Source: an uncultured Verrucomicrobiales bacterium (GTDB lineage Bacteria > Verrucomicrobiota > Verrucomicrobiia > Verrucomicrobiales > DEV007). From it: DNA of 41,892 nucleotides. Where the stretch lies: NCBI GenBank assembly GCA_938091905.1, contig CALKOM010000083.1, positions 1 to 41,892 of the forward strand, given 5' to 3'. The notes below the pieces were generated by a model. The model made no database searches and was not told the origin of the DNA. It saw only the letters and a program-made list of their open reading frames with translations. A program made the translations under genes and the position numbers. Numbering within the stretch: the stretch's first letter is position 1; each line of letters starts with the position of its first letter. Below are positions 1 to 8,357 of this stretch, piece by piece.

Positions 1-1
1 T

Positions 2-94
2 AACGACAAACGGCGCCATAGCTCACTCGGAAACGTCTCGCCTGAAACTTTCCTCAATCAACACTTCCAAACGCAGAAAACACACCTAAACTAA
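2..94 (+). CDS. IS3-family transposase OrfB, C-terminal fragment (partial at window edge)
   Basis: Manual translation NDKRRHSSLGNVSPETF..., TAA at 92-94. Not in the ORF track. Confidence 0.82.
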   Translation, partial: NDKRRHSSLGNVSPETFLNQHFQTQKTHLN

Positions 95-112
95 CAGAGC
101 GATCTGTCCGGT

Positions 113-140
113 CCATGTCCACTTTCTTGGGGGAACTCCA
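113..140 (-). repeat. IS3-type terminal inverted repeat (IRR)
   Basis: Minus strand TGGAGTTCCCCCAAGAAAGTGGACATGG: 5'-TG terminus and an AGTGGACA core as in IS3 IRs. A 26/28-identical copy lies at 40416-40443. Confidence 0.8.
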
Positions 141-431
141 AAGCAGAGATTGTAGACAATGCGAAAGAGCCAAGTCTTGAAGGCTGCGCGATGTTCAAAC
201 TGGTGCATCCTGTGATATACTTGGACGAAAGTATCCTGGCAGACTTCCTCCGCGTCCTGGTAAGAGCGGATCATCTTTAGGCATGTGTTGAACACAAGAG
301 ACTCATGACGCCTGACTAGTTCTTGGTAGGCAGAGAGATCCAGAGGTTGGATAGCGCTGACAGCGCTCGACCAGTTCTTGGTCTGTCCACTCGAAAAGAT
401 CTTGGTCACTATCGTGTTCTTTGCTGCTCAA
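141..431 (-). pseudogene. ECF RNA polymerase sigma factor, frameshifted and IS-interrupted
   Basis: Region-2 motif AYQELVRRH...DAEEVCQDTF...FKTWLFRIVYNLC ends at the IS terminus. The natural N-terminus (TTG 431: SSKEHDSDQDLFEWTDQELVERCQ) is in another frame, implying a frameshift near 352. Region 4 is absent from the window. Confidence 0.85.
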
Positions 432-461
432 ATCAATCAGAGGCGGCTCGCTTGCTAAAAG

Positions 462-1439
462 TCATGTTTTTGCACTAATTTCCAAATATTTCTCAAGCCA
501 CATCTCGATGTCAGCAAGAATATCATCGCTACTGACATCGTGTAAGAGCAGGTGGTAGCCCTCAGGGTAGAATCGCTTCTCTTTGTGATTTCCCCCGATT
601 TCCCCGAAGAATTGCTCTACTTCCTCCGGTTTGGTAAAAATGTCATTGCCAGCATAGAGGACGAGAATTGGCCTAGAATTCTTTTTTACTAGGGTGCGGT
701 TCGCTTTGACGAGAGTTCCGATCCGCTGGAGCAGGCGAAGGGAGAACCGGTTTACGGCATGTGGTGTATGCTCCAATTGGGCCTCATGTGAGGTGGTGCT
801 CACCACTTGGGCAGGAGAGGAGCCGTTACTCGCGAGGGATTGCAGATTCAATCGGTAGGTTGGAGCGATCCATGATCCAAGCTTGAGCAGGCAGGTCTGC
901 CAAACAGGGAGTTTCCCCGTGATTTGAACGATCGGCGAGGCGAGGATGAATCCTGAGGGACGAAGACCGAGCGCGGACGCCTTACCTGACAAGTGAGCGC
1001 CAATAATGCCGCCAAGACTTTCGCCGTACCAAAAGATGGGGACTCCTGGATGAACGGATTGAACCCGAAGTGCGAAGCTGGAAAAGTCTTCAAACCAGCC
1101 CTGAGGGTGATCCAGGTCCCCAACGCGCGGGCCCAGTGGATCGTTCCCCATACCTCTAAGTTCGTGAGCGTAGACGGCGATGCCTCGTTCTCGGAAATAC
1201 TCGCCTAGGGGCCGCCAGTCACTGGCCGCGCCACCTAAGCCATGAATACCGAGGATGACGGCGCGAGGGGAGCGCTGTGGCAACCACTTTGAGTAGGGGA
1301 ACTCCGTGCCATCGGGCGCCGTGAAGTGGGTTGGCGTCCATGTGGCGGTGGGTACTTTGGTCATCGGGCTTTGGCAGCTGGTGAGAATGATGAGGGTTAG
1401 AAGTTTCAGCACCAGTGTCGATCTAGCAAATCCCATCAT
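462..1439 (-). CDS. Alpha/beta hydrolase, lysophospholipase/monoacylglycerol lipase-like, probable lipoprotein
   Basis: IHGLGG oxyanion motif, ELRGMG, GESLGG nucleophile elbow, AGND acid, YHLLL His. Lipobox-like ILTSC. Confidence 0.88.
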   Translation of the reverse strand: MMGFARSTLVLKLLTLIILTSCQSPMTKVPTATWTPTHFTAPDGTEFPYSKWLPQRSPRAVILGIHGLGGAASDWRPLGEYFRERGIAVYAHELRGMGNDPLGPRVGDLDHPQGWFEDFSSFALRVQSVHPGVPIFWYGESLGGIIGAHLSGKASALGLRPSGFILASPIVQITGKLPVWQTCLLKLGSWIAPTYRLNLQSLASNGSSPAQVVSTTSHEAQLEHTPHAVNRFSLRLLQRIGTLVKANRTLVKKNSRPILVLYAGNDIFTKPEEVEQFFGEIGGNHKEKRFYPEGYHLLLHDVSSDDILADIEMWLEKYLEISAKT

Positions 1440-1466
1440 TGACGCTAATTATAAACATTCTATAAA
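1439..1466 (+). promoter_or_regulatory. Candidate sigma70 promoter in a 39-bp AT-rich divergent spacer
   Basis: TTGACG(1439-1444)-N16-TATAAA(1461-1466) upstream of ATG 1479. Confidence 0.4.
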
Positions 1467-1478
1467 TGTGAACACAAG

Positions 1479-2372
1479 ATGGATCAGGAACACACCCAGC
1501 AATCTTCGCGCATTCTCTTGGGACTGGTAGCTTTGCTCACGGTTTCATCGTGCCAGGTGGTGCCGGATATTCCAGAGGAAGAACTGCCTGTTCTTTCAGA
1601 CACACTTATTCCAGAGTCTGTTCCTGCTCCAACCTCGTTTAGAAACGTGGATCGGCAGGAGGCTATCTTGCTTGCACGTCGATATGCCAGCTACCGTTGG
1701 ACGCCGACAAAGCGAAATATTTGGCACGGTTATGATGAGCAGGGCATCCGTGTCGACACTCCGGATGAGGAGTTTCGAAGTCCAGGGATCAGACCGGGCT
1801 GGTGGAAGCCGGGTATCGAGAACCAGGGTATTCCGTATCAGTGGGGAGGCTTCGCGACGATCGAGGAGTTTGATCAGGCGCTAACTAGTGGCTTTGCTGC
1901 TGGTGATATCCTCACGACGGAGAAGCGCGCAATGTTGAGTGAAGGGCGTCCGACCGTGAGCCAGGCGGCCACGGGCATTGATGCTTCAGGGCTTGTAAGC
2001 CGCTGCTGGAAGCTGGACCGAAATTACACGACCCGCGAGTTGGAAAAACTTTGCACGGTATTGGAAAGCTATGACGAGCTCAAGCCTGGAGATGCTCTCA
2101 ATCTTTCCGGCGTCCATGTGATTTTATTTGAACAGTTTGCGGGTTCTAAAAAGAACGCGTTGCTGGGTTACGAGGCGGGCTCGCCGCCCAGTTGGAAAGT
2201 GCTTTACGACCGGTTGCCTGTTTCCCACTTGAAGCGCCTTGGATACCAGCCATTGCGACTGAAGCACATCACTGAATCTCCTGATGATGCGAAGGTGCTT
2301 GGTCTAAGATCAGCAACGCCTCCGGCTCCTCCAGCTACGGAAGTTGATGATGCGGACGCCCCGTTTTTGTAG
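1479..2372 (+). CDS. NlpC/P60-like lipoprotein with catalytic Cys replaced by Ala
   Basis: Lipobox VSSC. GIPYQWGG, GIDASGLVSRCW (canonical DCSG), LKPGDAL and HVILF motifs. Confidence 0.75.
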   Translation: MDQEHTQQSSRILLGLVALLTVSSCQVVPDIPEEELPVLSDTLIPESVPAPTSFRNVDRQEAILLARRYASYRWTPTKRNIWHGYDEQGIRVDTPDEEFRSPGIRPGWWKPGIENQGIPYQWGGFATIEEFDQALTSGFAAGDILTTEKRAMLSEGRPTVSQAATGIDASGLVSRCWKLDRNYTTRELEKLCTVLESYDELKPGDALNLSGVHVILFEQFAGSKKNALLGYEAGSPPSWKVLYDRLPVSHLKRLGYQPLRLKHITESPDDAKVLGLRSATPPAPPATEVDDADAPFL

Positions 2373-2396
2373 TTTGGGTTGTGTTCGGGGATGATC

Positions 2397-3542
2397 CTAC
2401 CAATTACGCATCCATGTACTGATGCTCCCCATGACGTCCTCATTGCGCTTGAACAACAGAATGGCCCCCTCATCTTCGAATCGCTGGTAAATGATAGGCA
2501 TTTGCCAACGGTTTAGTATTGCGGTGGCTTTTTCGACTTCCTCAGCGCGAACCAGTCGGTCTCTGGCACCGTGAATAACCAAGGTGTTTAGGTCTTTGAG
2601 TGAGCCAGAGTTCGTAAAGGGTTCGATCGTTGCTTCTGTTATAGGACTCGAGATGTGCACGTAGCCTTTGAACGCGTGTGGCAGCTGTTGCGCGCCTACG
2701 AGAACCCCGCGCCCACCCGTTCCATAGCCAGCGAGAATAACAGAAGCGGAATCAAGATTTGGCTGACGTTTGATGAACGCTAGGGCTTCTTCTAACCTAT
2801 TCTTGGCTTCGGCACTTTCCCAGTCTCCTTTGCCAAAGGTAGGGGCAACCACGGCCATGCCTATTTCGTCGGCGAGTCTCTTGAAGGCCCAGGGGCCTGC
2901 TTTGATGTTGCCACCATGACCATGCAAGACCAAAATAACAGGCATGGACGGTCTTTCTGATCCTTTGGGTGAGCGGTACACATAGCGGTGGATTTGGTCC
3001 GTCTGTTTGCCACCCCAGGATTGATACAACGCGGGCAACTGCGTCCCATAGTCGACAAGATCGGGTGCCAGGTAAGTTATGTCATCGTAGGTCGACTTGA
3101 GAGCCTTGCGGGCTTCTGAGCTTCGCGAATCATCGAAATCCATTCCGGCATAAGCAGAAGCGAAGAGGGCGAGGCGCACTTGGTCACGCTCAGCCACGAG
3201 ATTGGCTGGATGCCATCTAGGATAAAAAACTTCGTCACTATAAACCGACTCGAATCCCGATTGCGGATCGTCAGTGAAACCTTTCGGTGATTGCACGTAG
3301 GCAGCCCCCCACAGGCCGCCGGTGATAACGAAAAACATAAATGCCCATGTTCCGGAATAGCCGATGTCTGACAGGAACCGCTTCGCTAGCAGGTAGACGG
3401 CAAAAAAGAGCGAAAGGATTCCACAGGCGAAGAACCGTGAGTGATTTATCTCAGATTGAACAAGAAGAACGACCGCTGCCAGGGCGATGGGTAACATGAC
3501 AATAGAAAGGACAATGAAGACAATCGAGAGCAACCCGCGCAT
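2397..3542 (-). CDS. Membrane-anchored alpha/beta-hydrolase-fold protein (phospholipase/carboxylesterase-like), apparently non-catalytic
   Basis: Three N-terminal hydrophobic helices, VLHGHGG, VVAP, LAGYGTGG (no Ser at the elbow), IHGARDRLV. ATG 3542 chosen over the upstream non-ATG start at 3578. Confidence 0.72.
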   Translation of the reverse strand: MRGLLSIVFIVLSIVMLPIALAAVVLLVQSEINHSRFFACGILSLFFAVYLLAKRFLSDIGYSGTWAFMFFVITGGLWGAAYVQSPKGFTDDPQSGFESVYSDEVFYPRWHPANLVAERDQVRLALFASAYAGMDFDDSRSSEARKALKSTYDDITYLAPDLVDYGTQLPALYQSWGGKQTDQIHRYVYRSPKGSERPSMPVILVLHGHGGNIKAGPWAFKRLADEIGMAVVAPTFGKGDWESAEAKNRLEEALAFIKRQPNLDSASVILAGYGTGGRGVLVGAQQLPHAFKGYVHISSPITEATIEPFTNSGSLKDLNTLVIHGARDRLVRAEEVEKATAILNRWQMPIIYQRFEDEGAILLFKRNEDVMGSISTWMRNW

Positions 3543-3694
3543 GGCCCGGACTCTAGAGAGGCAGCCGTAGTGTGCCAACGTACTTTTAGTTGTAGAATTA
3601 GAAAGCGTCAGCGTATCAGGATGTCATAGATACGGAGTCTATTGGATCTGTAAGCCAGGCCGCGATCTCGTGGCGACCATGAACTACTGACTCC

Positions 3695-4254
3695 TTAAAA
3701 GGCGTGCGACCACGCTTCAATGAACGCCGAATAGCTAGCAGTTGGAGAGGCTCGTATCTCAGCTTGGACAAGATCAAGCCGTCCACAGATCAACGCGGTG
3801 AAGACATCGTATTTGGCACCGTGGGCGAGAAGCAAGTCCACTTTGTCCCAGGCTTGATGCTTGGCTGTGGCGTAAAGCGGGCTTACTGCGGACGCGCAGG
3901 TTTTGTGAGATTCACTCCTGCCTCTAACAAGAGATAGCACGATGTTAGAGAGTCCCTCCAGGCTGCCAGAACGAGAGCTGTCGTGAGTCCTTTGTTCTCT
4001 TCGAAGGCGATGGCTTCGAGATCTACCGGGAAATCCAGCAAGACCTCTAGCAAGGGTTCTCTTCTCGAGAAACTACAGCATTGAATGGGCCTGCTCAGAT
4101 CTGGGTAGCTATCCTTAACCTCTAGTTCCATGGCTAGCTGGGCACAGAGACCGTTGCCAAATGTGGCTTCTCGTCCGAGAGCCTCTTGAATGCTACCGGA
4201 TCGAGGTCCGAGATTGCGGTCAAGAGTGCTGATTCGCTCGCCGTCATCGGTCAT
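3695..4254 (-). pseudogene. Ankyrin-repeat protein, fragmented by frameshifts/stops
   Basis: Ankyrin-like pieces in successive reading frames: ATG 4247 ALLTAISDLDPVAFKRL; TTALVLAAWRDSLTSCYLLLEAG; SPLYATAKHQAWDKVDLLLAHGAKYDVFTA. Confidence 0.65.
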
Positions 4255-7200
4255 TTCGGAGCTCTTCTGCCAGAGCTCGCTCCCGAACGCCGGCGTCCGT
4301 TGCGTAGTCCGGGCGGAGGGCCTTTTGGACGGAGGTCAGGTCCATGTTTCTCGAGGAATCGCCGCACAAAGCGGAGGTAAGCGTTGTCTTCTTGGATGGG
4401 GATACGTCGCGTTTCATATTCGGCGCGCCTTAAAATCTGTCGGCGTTGAGAAGGCGCGATAGGAACGAGTTGATTGCTCGCAGTCAAGGTGAGCCCGCCA
4501 ATGGCTTGAGCGACTTCGAGGAAGATGTCAGGCGCTTGCTGGCCTTCGGCACCTAAGCTGGCCCTCCAAAGGCGAGCGGCATCTCCCGCCGCGACCGTGA
4601 ATAGTTGCTGGCCGCTTGGACTGAATGCAATCTGGGTGATCGTGGCTTCATGAATCAACGGCTGCGTGAGGGGAAGCGTTGTGGCGACATCCCATATTCT
4701 AGCCGTATAATCGCTAGAAGCGGTGGCAAGGCGCAGGCCATCGGGCGAGAATTTGGCGGTCGACACGGCACCTCGGTGATTCAACGCCCGCCCTAACACA
4801 CTGGCTGTCTCGGTTGACCACAAGATAGCGCGTTGATCGAATCCTCCCGTGACCAGGTGTTTGCCAGAGGGTGAGAACTGGACGCAGTGAACCTCACCGC
4901 CATGTCCCATCGAACGCGATTGCTGTTCTCCGGTTGCCACATCCCAAAGGCGTGCCGAGCGGTCATCTGAGGCCGTGGCAAGAAGACCGTGAGGCGAGAA
5001 ATCGAGTGCGTTTACCGGCCCACCGTGGGTGAGGCTATGAATACGTGTCATGGTTTGTGCCTCAATAATCGCACTGGAAGCGCCTACGCAGCCGACGGCA
5101 AGATAGTCACCATTGGGCGAGGCTTCTAGGGTGCGTGCCGCAGAGGAAAGTGATAATGTAGGGCCCACATCACCCGACGGTAGTCTCCAACTTTGCACTT
5201 GATCGCTATTGGCCACGACCAAGAAATCGTTCGATGGCATGACAAGTGCGGTGATCGGGTGATCGTGATTGAGAATATGGACGGCTGCTTGTCCGGTGAC
5301 GGCATCCCAGACACGGACCTTGCCTGAAACATCTCCCGTGATCAGCCAATTGCCATCGGGACTGTAGGCGATCTCGGTCACTTCGGCGCCGTGGTTCAAG
5401 TCGGGTATTCTTGGCTTTCCGGTTTCAGCCTTCCACTGTTTTATTCTACCGTCTTCAGCAGCGGCAGCGATCCATTGGCCGGTTGGGCTCAAGCAGCCCG
5501 TGGTGATGCCAGCAAGTTCGAAGAGCTGCGGTGGCTCTCGGAAATTCTCGAACCGCCATACGCGCACTTCGTTGTCCGCCACGGTTGCTAACCATTCGCC
5601 ATCGGGACTGAACTGAGCCGTATCGACATCTAACCGATGCACTAGCGGGCTAAGCGGGGATTCTACGCCAGTCTCAGTTTCCCAGATTCGAACCGTCTTA
5701 TCGTCGGAGGCGCTGGCAACAAGCCGACCGTCAGCACTAAAGTCGATGTTATCGACTGCGTCACGGTGAGACCATCGATAAAGCTCTTCACCCATGACAG
5801 TGTTCCAGAGACGTACTGTGCGGTCATTACTGCAGGTGGCGATTGTGCTGCCATCGGGACTGAACAGGGCATTTCTGACATCGCTCTCGTGGGAGAACGT
5901 GGCGAGACACTCGCCTTGAATCGTCTCCCAAAGCTTGGCGGTCCCATCCTCAGAAGCTGTCACAAAGAATCCTCCGGTTGGATGGAAATCGACTCGAGAG
6001 ACATCATCGTCATGGGTGACTTGGAGGCGCTCCTCACCTGATTCCAAGTCCCAAAGCTTTGCCGTATTATCGTCGGAAACACTAACGTAAGTCTGTTGAT
6101 CTGGACCAAACTGTGCGTCATTGACCACCCCGTCATGGATCCCGCGGCGAAGAAGGCGCCTCCTTGTGAGATCCCATAAACTCACGGAATGATCATCTGA
6201 GCAAGTCAGAAGCATGGTGTCATCTGGACTGAACTGAACTGCATTCACCGCGCCATTGTGTGAAATACGGGCACCTACGAAGTTTCCCGTAGCTCTGTTA
6301 ATGAGATGCACGAAACTATCTCGGCCGCCTGTTGCGATCAGCTTGCCGTCATGGCTCACGGCAGTACAGAGGATATTGCTTTCATGCTTCCAGGCTCCCC
6401 TTTCTTCACTGGAATCGATATCCCAAAGTCGCCCGTAGTCATCTTCAGAACCGGTGACGATCTCTTTGCTATCTGGAGTGAAAGCGATGGCTTCGATGTC
6501 GCGAGAATCTCGATGGTAGAAGTGGGGAACTGGTAAGCTGACCTCTGTCAAAATATTGTAAATGCGATCGCCCGCAGCAGTGAGCCCACGCTCGTTCTTG
6601 AGCGCCCTGGTCAAATAAGCGAGGCTCTCCCCGTAGCGACCTGCTTCTGCCATGGATTGACCAAATTGATAGTCCGATTGACTGAAGCTTAGCGCGACTT
6701 CTTGGCGGGCTTCTTCGGCGCTCTTCTGAGCCTTCTCAGCTGCACGTGCCTGTTGAACAGCAAAACGCATCGAGAAGTAGGCTGCTGCAGCAAGCACTAC
6801 GCATGCTATACTAAAGAGAGCGAGGAGGAGGGAGAATCGACGGGATCTCCTGGCTGAGCGTGAGCGTTCAGCGGCCAGCGCGTTGGCCGCTGCTAGCTGA
6901 TCCTGCCGAGCGCGTTCCGCACTGCGTTCTTCTTCTTTCTTCTGGCGCTGGCTTTCAGATAGAAACCGCATCGCACGGCCGAATCCTCCGCCATACTGCT
7001 CTGCCCACAAGGCATTGGGATGCGATTCCTCATTCCATGCTCTAGCGATGTGCAGATCGGGATCGTGATAGAGGTCGGCTTGTCTTTCCTCCCACAATGC
7101 CGCTGTTTCGGCAAGGCGCTGGTAAATACGGGCAGATTGCATTTCCTCGTCTACCCACGCCCCCAATCGGGTCCATACCCGCATGAGACTCTCGTGGGAA

Positions 7201-8357
7201 ATATCGACGATAGTGTCAGGGCGCATCCGGTGGTGCGGCGATGGCATCAGAAACGACACACCAGGTGCCCGAAACGCATCAATGACTCGAATGACGGTGT
7301 CTTCGGGAGCTGAAATAATACCGACCAAACGCTCCAACGACATCGGGCGGCGGATACCGCGATTGTCTGCGGTCTTCTGCGTCAGGGCTCTGAACAAGCG
7401 CCGAGCGACCCGTTGATCCGCCTCATCGAAACCGTGATAGACTTCATCGGCATGACGAGCGAGCGCTTCTCCCATGCCGCCAATTCTTTCATAATGATAG
7501 AGGTCGATGGGTGCCCCGACGGAGGCGTCTGCTTTCCACTCATCCCAACTACGCATGAGTGCGTGCTGGAGAACAGGCAGCTCATCTGGTGATCCGCCGA
7601 CGTCGTTGAGTAGGCGCTGAGTGAGGCGAGGAGCAATGGACGCTCCACCTACACTGATAGGGCCCTCAATCGCCTGCTTCAATTGGTCTCGATCAAGGCG
7701 AGGTATCAGATAAGCGCCGCGATTGATGACCTCGGAGAGGCCCGTGAAAGAGGCGCAATCCCCAAAGAATCCAGAGCGCATGGTGAGAACGACGTGGATG
7801 GCATAACGTTCATCGCGAGCGGCCTCGAGTAGGAGACTGACAAAGGCCTCCGCCTTTTCCCTGTCCTCCATGCTAGAAGATCGCTGGTGAAAGCGGAACA
7901 GTTCTTCGAACTGGTCGATGACTACTAACAAATTCTCGCTATTTGGCATTTGTGCCATCTTAGTTACCTCTCCGATGCCCATTCCGCTGCGCTGCAGCAC
8001 CGTTTCGATTTCTATGGACTCAGGGATAGGATGGTCGACGTCCAAATGATCCCAAAGTTCGCTGTCGACTATCGCTTGCGCAAGATTACGCGCTGGATTA
8101 CCCCCAGGGCGGCAAAGAGCCACGCTCCAATGGGAGCCCGCTTCATCAAGCCCACCGCGGTAGAGGGCCGGAAGAAGTCCCGCACGAACGAGCGAAGACT
8201 TCCCTGTGCCAGAACTACCCAAGACTCCAATGAATCGTCGCTTGCGAAGGAGCCGAAGCAAATCCTCACATTGCTCATCGCGACCGAAGAAGAGGTATTC
8301 CTCATCGGTGCGGAACGGACGAAGTCCAGGAAAGGGGTTGGTGCTCGGATCAAGCAT
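4251..8357 (-). CDS. nSTAND1-type P-loop NTPase - coiled coil - TM helix - TPR-like - WD40 repeat protein (NLR-like receptor)
   Basis: NPFPGLRPF...FFGR, Walker A GSSGTGKSS, Walker B VVIDQFEELF, LPVLQHAL and DISHESLMRVW winged-helix motif. TM FSLLLALFSIACVVLAAAAYFSM (about 6768-6836). About 14 H...FSPDG...TASDD..A.LW repeats. ATG 8357 overlaps the upstream TGA by 8 bp. Confidence 0.92.
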   Translation of the reverse strand: MLDPSTNPFPGLRPFRTDEEYLFFGRDEQCEDLLRLLRKRRFIGVLGSSGTGKSSLVRAGLLPALYRGGLDEAGSHWSVALCRPGGNPARNLAQAIVDSELWDHLDVDHPIPESIEIETVLQRSGMGIGEVTKMAQMPNSENLLVVIDQFEELFRFHQRSSSMEDREKAEAFVSLLLEAARDERYAIHVVLTMRSGFFGDCASFTGLSEVINRGAYLIPRLDRDQLKQAIEGPISVGGASIAPRLTQRLLNDVGGSPDELPVLQHALMRSWDEWKADASVGAPIDLYHYERIGGMGEALARHADEVYHGFDEADQRVARRLFRALTQKTADNRGIRRPMSLERLVGIISAPEDTVIRVIDAFRAPGVSFLMPSPHHRMRPDTIVDISHESLMRVWTRLGAWVDEEMQSARIYQRLAETAALWEERQADLYHDPDLHIARAWNEESHPNALWAEQYGGGFGRAMRFLSESQRQKKEEERSAERARQDQLAAANALAAERSRSARRSRRFSLLLALFSIACVVLAAAAYFSMRFAVQQARAAEKAQKSAEEARQEVALSFSQSDYQFGQSMAEAGRYGESLAYLTRALKNERGLTAAGDRIYNILTEVSLPVPHFYHRDSRDIEAIAFTPDSKEIVTGSEDDYGRLWDIDSSEERGAWKHESNILCTAVSHDGKLIATGGRDSFVHLINRATGNFVGARISHNGAVNAVQFSPDDTMLLTCSDDHSVSLWDLTRRRLLRRGIHDGVVNDAQFGPDQQTYVSVSDDNTAKLWDLESGEERLQVTHDDDVSRVDFHPTGGFFVTASEDGTAKLWETIQGECLATFSHESDVRNALFSPDGSTIATCSNDRTVRLWNTVMGEELYRWSHRDAVDNIDFSADGRLVASASDDKTVRIWETETGVESPLSPLVHRLDVDTAQFSPDGEWLATVADNEVRVWRFENFREPPQLFELAGITTGCLSPTGQWIAAAAEDGRIKQWKAETGKPRIPDLNHGAEVTEIAYSPDGNWLITGDVSGKVRVWDAVTGQAAVHILNHDHPITALVMPSNDFLVVANSDQVQSWRLPSGDVGPTLSLSSAARTLEASPNGDYLAVGCVGASSAIIEAQTMTRIHSLTHGGPVNALDFSPHGLLATASDDRSARLWDVATGEQQSRSMGHGGEVHCVQFSPSGKHLVTGGFDQRAILWSTETASVLGRALNHRGAVSTAKFSPDGLRLATASSDYTARIWDVATTLPLTQPLIHEATITQIAFSPSGQQLFTVAAGDAARLWRASLGAEGQQAPDIFLEVAQAIGGLTLTASNQLVPIAPSQRRQILRRAEYETRRIPIQEDNAYLRFVRRFLEKHGPDLRPKGPPPGLRNGRRRSGASSGRRAPK

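Larger units (their letters stand above)
1..140 (+). mobile_element. Right end of an IS3-family insertion sequence (continues beyond window start)
   Basis: Frame 2..94 reads NDKRRHSSLGNVSPETFLNQHFQTQKTHLN*, matching the YNxxRxHSSLGxxSP tail of IS3 OrfB transposases. It is followed by an IR-like segment ending in CA at 140, exactly where the sigma-factor homology stops. Confidence 0.85.

Noticed and set aside
4550..6500. Hypervariable near-identical DNA tandem repeats in the WD40 region (HET-type or DGR target)
   Set aside because: The repeats are clearly diverged at the DNA level, and no reverse transcriptase or template repeat was seen.
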